This document shows, one piece after another, positions 47,653-55,874 of a DNA stretch of 64,000 nucleotides. The translations under genes and the position numbers were made by a program. The DNA lies in NCBI GenBank assembly GCA_948465545.1, contig CAOJXO010000003.1:18936-82935 (forward strand), in the 5' to 3' direction. Under the pieces are notes generated by a model. That model did not search any database. It had not been told where the DNA came from and saw nothing but the letters and a program-made list of their open reading frames with translations. Source of the DNA: an uncultured Bacillota bacterium (GTDB lineage: Bacteria; Bacillota; Clostridia; Christensenellales; UBA1242). Numbering within the stretch: the stretch's first letter is position 1; the number at the start of each line of letters is the position of its first letter.

Positions 47653-47946
47653 TTAATTGTAATTTATATAATCTGGTGCTACATAATCTGGATTTCTCTC
47701 TGGATAACCTTTATCCCAACTCCATTCATGATCATGTGGAAAATCATGATTGTTATGTGCATCTTGATGATTATAATCTCTATTTCTTATAACATTTCCA
47801 TTTTTATCAAACCAACGGCTCTGAACTTTTATACCATTTTCATATAAATCATAACATGAATTTGGTTTTGCTCCTCTAACTGGCAAATCACCTCGCCTGC
47901 CATCAATCCTTTCTATTGTCCTATTTGGCACTCCTCCTGATCCCAT
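47653..47946 (-). CDS. small His/Asp-rich protein resembling a polymorphic-toxin C-terminal module
   Basis: 97 aa with a GAGGTGG RBS. The stop lies 7 nt before the next gene. The motif YDLYENGIKVQSRWFDKNGNVIRNRDYNHQDAHNNHDFPHDHEW resembles tails seen on RHS/LXG toxins (from memory). Confidence 0.4.
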   Translation of the reverse strand: MGSGGVPNRTIERIDGRRGDLPVRGAKPNSCYDLYENGIKVQSRWFDKNGNVIRNRDYNHQDAHNNHDFPHDHEWSWDKGYPERNPDYVAPDYINYN

Positions 47947-48080
47947 TATACCACCTCAAAATGTATTTTTCTAACAAAATAAAACTTTTTTATTCTGTTT
48001 ATTGAATAATTATTAAACCAAGAATCATGAATTTGCAATAATGTATGTCAAAAATATAAAAATAAGCAAATTTGCAGTAA

Positions 48081-48124
48081 ACAAAAAAAATAACGGAGAT
48101 TAGTCGCTTACTTTTGAAACTAGC
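48081..48124 (+). repeat. left arm of an imperfect inverted repeat (ACAAAAAAAATAACGGA-N15-TTTGAAACTAGC)
   Basis: Its reverse complement recurs at 49204-49246 with identical 15-nt spacing. Confidence 0.75.
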
Positions 48125-48201
48125 AGAAAAACAAAGAGACCTAAACCAAAACAATGGCTTAGGTTTTCTTTTTTGTGTTTACACTCTCTTAACCAGCAAA
48201 A

Positions 48202-48275
48202 AAACGAATACTTCTGCCGTTGTCAAGGTTGCAAACAGCATACACTTTAACCTTGACAACAAAGAATATTCGTTT
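48202..48275. other. long two-tier hairpin (outer aaacgaata/tattcgttt; inner gttgtcaaggtt/aaccttgacaac)
   Basis: Read directly from the sequence: 9-bp plus 12-bp stems and an 18-nt loop. Confidence 0.8.
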
Positions 48276-48308
48276 ACACTAGAAAAATAGAGAGAAGAAA
48301 ACAAAAGC

Positions 48309-48351
48309 AAAAGAGCGGTGTGCGTTATGCTCCGCCAGCAACCGCTCTTTT
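48309..48351. other. hairpin aaagagcggt / accgctcttt with flanking T/A runs (terminator-like on both strands)
   Basis: Read directly from the sequence: 10-bp stem and a ~20-nt loop. Confidence 0.7.
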
Positions 48352-48371
48352 TGCAACAAAATTGAGTTATA

Positions 48372-48428
48372 GGCGTGTGCTTGTATGGCGGAGCGAAGCG
48401 ACGCCACTTGTATAAACAAGCACACGCC
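48372..48428. other. GC-rich 13-bp-stem hairpin ggcgtgtgcttgt / acaagcacacgcc with an inner tggcg/cgcca stem
   Basis: Read directly from the sequence. Its local GC content is unusually high for this window. Confidence 0.8.
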
Positions 48429-48521
48429 AAAATGCCAAATGAAATTTTTATAATTTTTTTAAATTTTTGATACAAATTCGGTGATTTTATGATACAATAT
48501 TTATAAATTTGAGGAGTGCGA

Positions 48522-49166
48522 ATGGAAAAAATAAGAATCTTATGCTATGGAGATAGTAATACATGGGGACAAATACCTGGTGTAGAGCACAGTAGATATG
48601 ACAATCAAACCCGATGGACTGCTCTTCTGCAAAAAATGTTAGGTAAAAATTTTGAAGTTATTAGTGAAGGTTTATGTGCGAGAACTTTAGATTCTGATGA
48701 TGAACGATGGGTTTATGGGAATGCAAATGGTTTAAAATACTTTGGACCTGCGGTTTATTCTCATGACCCTTTAGATTTTATTATAATTATGCTTGGAACA
48801 AATGAACTTAAAGATATGTTTGAACGTTCAGCTGAAAACATTGTAAAATCAATGGAAGATAAATATCTAAAATATTTCAACAGCGAACTTTCAAAAGCTT
48901 TAATTAAACAGCCTAAGATAATTATTATTGCTCCCCCTATTGTAAAGGGAGAACTTTACAATGGGTGTTCTTCATTTTTACTTGCAAATGAGAAATCACA
49001 AAAGTTTAACACTTTATATAAAAAATTAGCAAAGAAACACAAATGTCTTTTTATTGACAATGGTGGACTTGATGTTGGGTGTGATGGCTTACACTTATCA
49101 GAGATTGGTCACAAAAATCTTGCAGAAAAGGTTTATGATTGTATTAGCAATCAACTAAATATCTAA
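48522..49166 (+). CDS. SGNH/GDSL-family hydrolase (esterase/lipase-like)
   Basis: ILCYGDSNTWG block I (catalytic Ser), IIMLGTNE block III, and a C-terminal DGLH. GAGGAG RBS before the ATG at 48522. Confidence 0.8.
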   Translation: MEKIRILCYGDSNTWGQIPGVEHSRYDNQTRWTALLQKMLGKNFEVISEGLCARTLDSDDERWVYGNANGLKYFGPAVYSHDPLDFIIIMLGTNELKDMFERSAENIVKSMEDKYLKYFNSELSKALIKQPKIIIIAPPIVKGELYNGCSSFLLANEKSQKFNTLYKKLAKKHKCLFIDNGGLDVGCDGLHLSEIGHKNLAEKVYDCISNQLNI

Positions 49167-49203
49167 ATAAAAATGAACCGTATTAAATACGATTCATTTT
49201 TTC

Positions 49204-49246
49204 GCTAGTTTCAAAGTTTATAACCCTTGATCCGTTATTTTTTTGT
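49204..49246 (-). repeat. right arm of the inverted repeat; includes the last codons and stop of dnaJ
   Basis: Minus strand reads ACAAAAAAATAACGGA-N15-TTTGAAACTAGC. Confidence 0.75.
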
Positions 49247-50359
49247 TTTCATAAATTTATCATATTTAGGATAGGCGTCTTGACCAAGTTTTGAAGCAAG
49301 ACCTTCAAGGGTCGCTTTAGTATCTTTATCCAGATTCTTTGGCACTTCTGCTTTTAATGTTACAAGCATATCACCATATCCCTCCCTATTTACATGCTTA
49401 ACCCCCTTCTTCTTTAATCGCATCACTGTGCCAGATGGAGTAAGCTCTGGAATTGTCAATGTGAAAGAACCTTTAAGGGTTGGTATATCAATCTTTCCAC
49501 CAAGCAAAGTGGTTGTGAATGGAAGATATAAATCAAGGTAAATATCATCATCTTTTCTTACAAAAAGTTTATGTTTGGATACCGAAATTTTTATATTAAG
49601 GTCGCCCGCTATTCCATCACGAATAGGGTCGTTACCTTCCCCTCTCATACGCAAGGTCTGACCGTCATCAATACCTTCTGGCACTTTAACCTTGATTGTT
49701 TTATTAATTCTTTGATAACCCTTGCCAGAACATTCGCTACATTTTTCACGAATGATTTTGCCAGTACCATTACATTTAGGACACGCCCCCTCACGGATTG
49801 TTGTACCAAACATTGTGTTCTGTTGGAAACGTACCCTTCCACTTCCACGACAGTCAGAACAGGTTGAAAACTCACGCCCATTCTTAGCACCAGTGCCAGA
49901 GCAAGCCGAACATTTTTCAACCTTTGCGATTGTGATATTTTTCTCACAGCCGAAAGCCGCCTCTTCAAAAGAGAGGTTCATTGCAACATTAATATCTTGA
50001 CCACGCTCTTGCACTCTACCACCACTTCCGCCACCGCCAAAAGCAGAGAAGATGTCGGAGAATATATCAGAAAATCCTCCGCCACCGCCACCAAAGAAGT
50101 CGCCAAAGCCACCGCTACCAGAACCACCGCCAAATTGAGGGCCGTCAGCAGAGCCATACTGGTCATAGTTAGCCCTTTTCTTAGGGTCACCTAAAACCTC
50201 ATAGGCTTCGTTAATTTCCTTAAACTTAACCTCTGCTTCTGGCGACTTATTAAGGTCTGGATGGTATTTTTTAGCCATGCGACGATAGGCGGACTTAATT
50301 TCGTCCTCGCTCGCCGCCTTTTCCACACCTAAAATTGAATAATAGTCTTTATTAGCCAT
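49235..50359 (-). CDS. dnaJ: molecular chaperone DnaJ
   Basis: J domain (DYYSILGV...HPD), a G/F-rich region, and four CxxCxGxG zinc-finger repeats. Confidence 0.95.
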   Translation of the reverse strand: MANKDYYSILGVEKAASEDEIKSAYRRMAKKYHPDLNKSPEAEVKFKEINEAYEVLGDPKKRANYDQYGSADGPQFGGGSGSGGFGDFFGGGGGGFSDIFSDIFSAFGGGGSGGRVQERGQDINVAMNLSFEEAAFGCEKNITIAKVEKCSACSGTGAKNGREFSTCSDCRGSGRVRFQQNTMFGTTIREGACPKCNGTGKIIREKCSECSGKGYQRINKTIKVKVPEGIDDGQTLRMRGEGNDPIRDGIAGDLNIKISVSKHKLFVRKDDDIYLDLYLPFTTTLLGGKIDIPTLKGSFTLTIPELTPSGTVMRLKKKGVKHVNREGYGDMLVTLKAEVPKNLDKDTKATLEGLASKLGQDAYPKYDKFMKTKK

Positions 50360-50380
50360 TTTAAAAATTATCCTTTATAA

Positions 50381-50740
50381 TCAACTATTTTCATTTGAAT
50401 TTGCAAAATAAATCACACTTTCAAACCATTGTTCTTGAAATTTTGTCATTTCACGAATTTGAGTTTCATCAAAATTCTTTTCATGAGAGGTGACAACAAG
50501 TTTATCATCATTGTCATTTGTCCTATGGATAATTGCACGCACTACACCTTTGAATGTTTTTAGAGGTTTATCTTCACCAAGTACATATACATCAAGTTCC
50601 TCTTCATCACCAGATACAGTGCCCGGAATATAGCCATAATTAACAGGATAAACAAATCCATGTTTTGGGTGCTTTGAGCCAAGAGGTCTATCCATAAATA
50701 CTTCAACCTCTTTGCCTAAATAATCTTTTGAATTTAACAT
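50381..50740 (-). CDS. truncated family-I inorganic-pyrophosphatase-like protein (119 aa)
   Basis: YPVNYGYIPGT and GDEEELDVYVLG...GVVRAIIHRTNDNDDKLV align with the PPase core motifs (YPxNYGFIPxT, DGDPxDxLVL, GxxxMxDExxxDxK). It lacks the N-terminal ~50 aa of a normal PPase. Confidence 0.55.
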   Translation of the reverse strand: MLNSKDYLGKEVEVFMDRPLGSKHPKHGFVYPVNYGYIPGTVSGDEEELDVYVLGEDKPLKTFKGVVRAIIHRTNDNDDKLVVTSHEKNFDETQIREMTKFQEQWFESVIYFANSNENS

Positions 50741-50764
50741 AAATTTTCACCTTATATAAAATTT

Positions 50765-52588
50765 TTAATCTACAACTACCTCTGGATCGCCGTCTGTGCC
50801 GCCGTTGTTTCCTCCATTTCCGTTAGGGTCAGTGCCTGCCCCATTTGGATTAGCATTCTGATACATTTTTGTGAAAACTTCGTTTGAAACGTTAGTAAGT
50901 TCTTCAAGCCCTTTCTTAACCACTTCAACATCAGTGCTTTCAAAATCTTTCTTACCTTTCTCAATAGCGTCTTCAAGTTTCTTCTTATCTTCAGCAGAAA
51001 GTTTGTCGCCGTTTTCTTTCAACATTTTCTCTAAACTATAAACCATGTTGTCGGCTTGATTTTTAGTTTCAACAAACTCTTTACGTTTCTTATCTTCTTC
51101 TGCGTGTTCTTCAGCCTCTTTGATAGCCTTTTCGATATCTTCATCTTTAAGGTTTGAAGAAGCAGTGATTGTAATTTTTTGTTCTTTGTTTGTGCCAAGG
51201 TCTTTAGCAGAAACATTTACGATACCATTTGCGTCAATATCGAATGTAACTTCGATTTGAGGTACTCCACGTGGTGCTGGTGGAATATCAGTAAGTTGGA
51301 ATCTTCCAAGAGTCTTGTTTTGAGCAGCAAATTCACGCTCACCTTGAAGAACATGAATGTCAACGCCTGGTTGGTTGTCAACTGCGGTTGAGAATACTTG
51401 AGATTTCTTTGTAGGGATTGTTGTATTTCTTTCGATAAGTTTTGTGAATACTCCGCCAAGAGTTTCAATACCAAGAGAAAGTGGTGTTACGTCAAGAAGA
51501 AGAACGTCTTTAACTTCGCCGCCTAAAACGCCCGCTTGGATAGCCGCACCAACAGCAACACATTCGTCAGGGTTTACGCCCTTATATGGGTCTTTGCCTG
51601 TAAAGTTTTTAACTGCTTCAAAAACAGCAGGAATACGTGTTGAACCACCAACTAAAACAACTTTGTCTATTTGACCTTTATCAAGGCTTGCATCTTTAAG
51701 TGCCCTTACAGTGCAGTCGATAGTTTCTTTAACAAGGTCTTCAGTGATTGCATCAAACTTAGCACGGGTAAGTTCATATTCCATATGTTTAGGGCCTGTT
51801 GCATCAGCAGAGATGAATGGAAGAGATATAGTAGTCTTAGGTGTTGCAGAAAGGTCAATCTTAGCCTTTTCAGCAGCCTCTTTTAATCTTTGCATTGCAA
51901 GGCGGTCTTGTGAAAGGTCGATATTGTTTGTTTTCTTAAACTCTTCAACAAGAAGGTCAATAATTCTGTTATCAAAGTCATCTCCACCAAGGCGAGTGTT
52001 ACCGTTTGTTGAAAGCACTTCAAATACGCCGTCCCCGATTTCAAGGATAGACACGTCGAATGTACCACCACCAAGGTCGTAAACTAAAATCTTTTGGTTA
52101 GAGTTTTCGCCTTTGTCAAGGCCATAAGCAAGGGCGGCTGCAGTAGGCTCATTGATAATTCTAAGCACTTCAAGCCCAGCAATCTTACCAGCGTCCTTAG
52201 TTGCTTGACGTTGGCTGTCGTTAAAGTAAGCAGGAACAGTGATAACCGCTTGTGTTACACTGCCACCAAGATAACTTTCAGCATCAGCCTTTAATTTACC
52301 AAGCACCATTGCAGAAATCTCTTGTGGAGAATAGTCCTTGCCATTTAATTTTGCTTTGTAGTTTGTACCCATCTCTCTTTTGATAGATTGAATAGTGTTG
52401 TCAGCGTTTACGATTGCCTGTCTTTTTGCAACCTTACCAACAAGACGCTCACCCTCTTTGGTGTAAGCGACAACAGAAGGAGTAGTTCTATCCCCCTCTG
52501 CATTAGCGATAACGGTTGGCTTTCCACCTTCCATTACTGCCACACATGAATTTGTAGTTCCTAAGTCAATTCCAATAATCTTTGCCAT
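50765..52588 (-). CDS. dnaK: molecular chaperone DnaK
   Basis: [10 protein letters not shown] and DLGGGTFD motifs. 607 aa. Confidence 0.97.
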   Translation of the reverse strand: MAKIIGIDLGTTNSCVAVMEGGKPTVIANAEGDRTTPSVVAYTKEGERLVGKVAKRQAIVNADNTIQSIKREMGTNYKAKLNGKDYSPQEISAMVLGKLKADAESYLGGSVTQAVITVPAYFNDSQRQATKDAGKIAGLEVLRIINEPTAAALAYGLDKGENSNQKILVYDLGGGTFDVSILEIGDGVFEVLSTNGNTRLGGDDFDNRIIDLLVEEFKKTNNIDLSQDRLAMQRLKEAAEKAKIDLSATPKTTISLPFISADATGPKHMEYELTRAKFDAITEDLVKETIDCTVRALKDASLDKGQIDKVVLVGGSTRIPAVFEAVKNFTGKDPYKGVNPDECVAVGAAIQAGVLGGEVKDVLLLDVTPLSLGIETLGGVFTKLIERNTTIPTKKSQVFSTAVDNQPGVDIHVLQGEREFAAQNKTLGRFQLTDIPPAPRGVPQIEVTFDIDANGIVNVSAKDLGTNKEQKITITASSNLKDEDIEKAIKEAEEHAEEDKKRKEFVETKNQADNMVYSLEKMLKENGDKLSAEDKKKLEDAIEKGKKDFESTDVEVVKKGLEELTNVSNEVFTKMYQNANPNGAGTDPNGNGGNNGGTDGDPEVVVD

Positions 52589-52591
52589 TTT

Positions 52592-53242
52592 TTAATCCTC
52601 CTTTTTATTGACTATGACTTTCGCATATCTTATTACTTTATCTTTGTATTTATATCCTGCTTGGAATTCGTCCAAGATGATATCATTTTCTTTACTTTCA
52701 TCTTTCATAACCGCAATAACGTTGTGAAGATGTGGGCTATAAACCTGCCCGATAGACTCTATTTTTTCCACTCCAATTTCGGCAAGCGTAGAAAGGATTT
52801 TATTTTCAATCATTTCCACCCCTTGCAATACACTTTCATCAGAGATAGATTTCTTGGCTTCTTTAAATGTGTCAAGGCAAGGTAAAAACGCCTCTATTAC
52901 CGACACTTGCCCTACCATCTTAGCCCTGTCAATTTCCTCACGTGACCGACGTCTAAAATTGTCAAAATCCGCTTGAACCTGCTGAGCCAATGCTAAATAC
53001 CTGTCTTTTTCATCATGACAGGTGCAAACCTCTTCGTCATGACAGCCACATTCGCAATTTTCATCGCAATGACATTCGCCTTCGCAAGTGCATGGCTTTC
53101 CGTCTTGACAACCACAGGTGCAGTTCTCCCCACAGGTACATTTTTCGCCGTGCAAGCAACCGCAGTCATGATTTTCATCACAAGTGCACGCCTCCCCACA
53201 TGAGCATTTGTTCTTTTCTAATTCTTCGTTATTTTCAGTCAC
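52592..53242 (-). CDS. grpE: nucleotide exchange factor GrpE with a Cys-rich metallothionein-like N-terminal domain
   Basis: The C-terminal 140 aa are canonical GrpE (ADFDNFRRRSREE...FLPCLDTF...GYKYKDKVIRYAKVIV). Residues ~12-78 contain 20 Cys arranged in CxC motifs. Confidence 0.85.
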   Translation of the reverse strand: MTENNEELEKNKCSCGEACTCDENHDCGCLHGEKCTCGENCTCGCQDGKPCTCEGECHCDENCECGCHDEEVCTCHDEKDRYLALAQQVQADFDNFRRRSREEIDRAKMVGQVSVIEAFLPCLDTFKEAKKSISDESVLQGVEMIENKILSTLAEIGVEKIESIGQVYSPHLHNVIAVMKDESKENDIILDEFQAGYKYKDKVIRYAKVIVNKKED

Positions 53243-54244
53243 CTATTCATCTCCTTTCATTTCTCTAAGTTGGTCAATAACCACTTTAAGTGCTGAGGCT
53301 ATCCCCGAATAGTCCATTCGTTGAGGGCCAATAACACCGATTGAGGCTAACTGCCTGCCCTGAACTAATATCGGTGCTTTAACCACCGAACATTCACTTC
53401 CCTCTTCCTCAGCAACAGAAACTTCAATTTCACCTTTGCCAGAAAGGGTTAAAGATTCTTCCAACTTTTCCTTATCATCAAGCACTGAAAGCACTTTCTT
53501 TGCTTCTTCCACGCTTTTGCCGTTCTCAAGAAGTTTAACACTACCCTCACGGGAAACATTTATAAGTTTTTGAGAGTTGAGTTTTTTAAGCCCACCTATA
53601 AGCGAATCGACAATGCTTTGGAAAGCCTGAATTTCACCATTCATGCCCTCTTGAAGTTCTGTCATGTTTTCAATCATGAAACCAATGCTTGTGCCTTTAA
53701 AATTTTTTGTGAGATAGTTGGACGCATCTTGACATTCCTGCATACTTGCCGAAATATCCAGCGTGTTTGTAATGTATCCCGCCATAGTGCCAATAAGCAC
53801 CATCACCTTGTTTTCAAGAAGCGGAATGATTTTAAACTCATTTAAAAGCAAATTGTCAACTCCGTCAAGCATAACCACGGTAGGATAGTTCGTTGCATGA
53901 CTGACAATCTTTGCAATGCCAGAGATAATTTCGTTAAGGCTATTCGTCCTTGAAGAGATAAGTGCCCTTACATCTTCCAGTTCCTTATCAGTGGCTTTAA
54001 CCCCAGATAAAAGGTTTTCCACATAGAAGCGATAGCCTTGCACGGTTGGCACTCTGCCCCCAGAAGTATGAAGTTGTTTCAAAAACCCCATGGCCTCTAA
54101 GGCATTAAGTTCGTTGCGAAGGGTCGCAGTCGAACAATCCAGCCCTTTATCTTTTATGCCTCCACTTGTAATAGGTGCAGAATCTTTAATATATTCCTCC
54201 ACCGCCATACATAGGATTTGCTTTTTACGCTCTGATAGTTCCAT
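53243..54244 (-). CDS. hrcA: heat-inducible transcription repressor HrcA
   Basis: LSERKKQILCMAVEEYIKDSAPITSGGI winged-helix N-terminus. Operon position and a CIRCE element upstream. Confidence 0.9.
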   Translation of the reverse strand: MELSERKKQILCMAVEEYIKDSAPITSGGIKDKGLDCSTATLRNELNALEAMGFLKQLHTSGGRVPTVQGYRFYVENLLSGVKATDKELEDVRALISSRTNSLNEIISGIAKIVSHATNYPTVVMLDGVDNLLLNEFKIIPLLENKVMVLIGTMAGYITNTLDISASMQECQDASNYLTKNFKGTSIGFMIENMTELQEGMNGEIQAFQSIVDSLIGGLKKLNSQKLINVSREGSVKLLENGKSVEEAKKVLSVLDDKEKLEESLTLSGKGEIEVSVAEEEGSECSVVKAPILVQGRQLASIGVIGPQRMDYSGIASALKVVIDQLREMKGDE

Positions 54245-54267
54245 ATCTCACATCCCAAATTCGACTT

Positions 54268-54294
54268 TTAGCACTCTTTAACTTTAAGTGCTAG
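54268..54294 (-). promoter_or_regulatory. CIRCE operator (HrcA binding site)
   Basis: Minus strand reads CTAGCACTT-N9-GAGTGCTAA, compared with the consensus TTAGCACTC-N9-GAGTGCTAA. It lies directly downstream of the -10 box. Confidence 0.8.
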
Positions 54295-54298
54295 CACT

Positions 54299-54327
54299 AT
54301 TATATGCTGTTTAAAAAAAATAATCAA
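54299..54327 (-). promoter_or_regulatory. sigma-A-type promoter of the hrcA-grpE-dnaK operon
   Basis: Minus strand reads TTGATT-N17-TATAAT. Confidence 0.65.
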
Positions 54328-54406
54328 CTAAAAATGCCACTTTTTTGAAAATTTTTTGACGTATTGTGACTTTTTTAATAAAAAGTGCCTAAACCACAAA
54401 AAAAAA

Positions 54407-54423
54407 AGACGGAAACTCCGTCT
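54407..54423. terminator. terminator hairpin agacgga-aac-tccgtct
   Basis: Flanked by A10 and T5 runs. Near-identical to the hairpin at 18676-18693. Confidence 0.75.
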
Positions 54424-54428
54424 TTTTA

Positions 54429-55760
54429 TTATTCTTGCTCTTCACTATGGAAAGAGTGTCTATCCATATGAACACGATCCCCTTGTGGGAATTGTTGACG
54501 CTTAAACTTCTTAAGATCTGAAAGCGCAGCCTTTGTTTTTGATGAAGCAGCCCCTCTTGCTTCAGACAACGCTTTGATTTTTGCAAACTCTTCACGTTTT
54601 GCAGTAACAATCTTCTTATATTCTTCCATTATTAGGCGCATATCTTCGTCTATCTTAGCAATCCTATCGTTAGATTCTGCCTCTGCATAGTATTTATCGC
54701 TTTCACTTGCCATAAGTGATGTTATCACTTCAGCAATTATATTCATACTTTCGCTGTCTTTTTCAAATAAGGTTGCATCTAAAACCCCAAGCCTTTTCAC
54801 CTTATCTAATAAACATGCATCACCACTCATGCTTGCTTCAAGTTGTTCTTTAAAATTGGGCTCATTAGTTTCTTCACTAACTTCTTCGCTTACCATTTCT
54901 TCTTCATAGAACATTTCATCAAGAAGTTCTTCTTCAACTTTATGAATGTACGCCTTTGCATAATCATTACCATCAGAAACTTCTTCATTGAATGGCACTT
55001 GATAATATCCCCTTTCTGCAACAGCAAAGATTTCTTTATCTTTTCCATTTCCTTGTGGATTTACTGAAGTTGGAAGATTATCCCAGTTTACGATTTCAAG
55101 CACAAGTGGAACAAGTTTTGCATAAGCGGTATCCCCTGTTTCTACTTTAACCCCATCTATTGTTATTAGTTTGTTGTCTTTAGTTTTAGCAGTAAACTCA
55201 ACATACCTTTCACCATTTGAAATATATACAGGATTTTTGATCATTGTTTTGGCGTCAACATCATATCGACCTGAACATACCTTGTCTGTTTTTTCCAATT
55301 CCTTTGGTTTTGAAACAAGAGTCTGCGGTACTTGTAAGGAGAAAACTTTAATATAATGTTTTCCACCATTCTCAAAAATCTCTACTTTATGATTGCCAAC
55401 CCTAGCCTCCGAAGAGCCGTCTGCACGAGGTGCGGAGAGTTTAGATGGAAGATTGAGGTAAAGCGCAGGACGCACGGCGCGAGAATTGCTAACAGTAGTG
55501 TTGTATATCGACGCACCAAACGGAGTCAGAGAGTACGCAAACGAAGAAATGCCATAAAGGCCAGAACGCAGCCACGAATAGATATTACCATCTCTAAGCA
55601 ATTCACCATTTGCTACCGAATAACCAGAAGCCTTAGTTGCCTGTATTTGGATGGCTTGTATTTCTTCTCTGCTTAATGAGAAGAGGTTTGCTTTGCAGTT
55701 TTTTCCGATGTTGTTTTGGATTGTTTTTGTAATAACCAAATCTTTTAATTTGTTATTCAT
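54429..55760 (-). CDS. hypothetical protein with an N-terminal DUF6273-like module
   Basis: 443 aa. LFSLSREEI...YSWLRSGL...SNSRAVRPALYLN matches the WLRS...VRPAL pattern of DUF6273-type domains (from memory). The C-terminal half is acidic and coiled-coil. Confidence 0.45.
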   Translation of the reverse strand: MNNKLKDLVITKTIQNNIGKNCKANLFSLSREEIQAIQIQATKASGYSVANGELLRDGNIYSWLRSGLYGISSFAYSLTPFGASIYNTTVSNSRAVRPALYLNLPSKLSAPRADGSSEARVGNHKVEIFENGGKHYIKVFSLQVPQTLVSKPKELEKTDKVCSGRYDVDAKTMIKNPVYISNGERYVEFTAKTKDNKLITIDGVKVETGDTAYAKLVPLVLEIVNWDNLPTSVNPQGNGKDKEIFAVAERGYYQVPFNEEVSDGNDYAKAYIHKVEEELLDEMFYEEEMVSEEVSEETNEPNFKEQLEASMSGDACLLDKVKRLGVLDATLFEKDSESMNIIAEVITSLMASESDKYYAEAESNDRIAKIDEDMRLIMEEYKKIVTAKREEFAKIKALSEARGAASSKTKAALSDLKKFKRQQFPQGDRVHMDRHSFHSEEQE

Positions 55761-55874
55761 AATGTTTTCTCCTTTTGTTTATGTGTATATTTTACCACAA
55801 ATTAGGCCATTTTTCAATAGGTTTTATTAAGATGTATACCTAATTTAGGGGTAAATAACATAACAAAAAAGCGG

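Noticed and set aside
48179-48475. 98-aa minus-strand ORF in the hairpin-rich spacer
   Set aside because: It has no convincing RBS. The ORF is built from palindromic sequence, which reads open on both strands, and its composition is odd. It is more likely non-coding.
49978-50190. ORFs in alternative frames over the dnaJ G/F region
   Set aside because: The GGT/GGC-rich repeat that encodes the Gly/Phe linker is open in several frames. The dnaJ frame is unambiguous.
52990-53268. Plus- and minus-strand alternative ORFs (52990-53268, 52993-53199, 53015-53203) over the grpE 5' region
   Set aside because: They are by-products of the TGC/TGT-rich repeat that encodes the Cys-rich GrpE extension. The grpE frame continues into canonical GrpE sequence.
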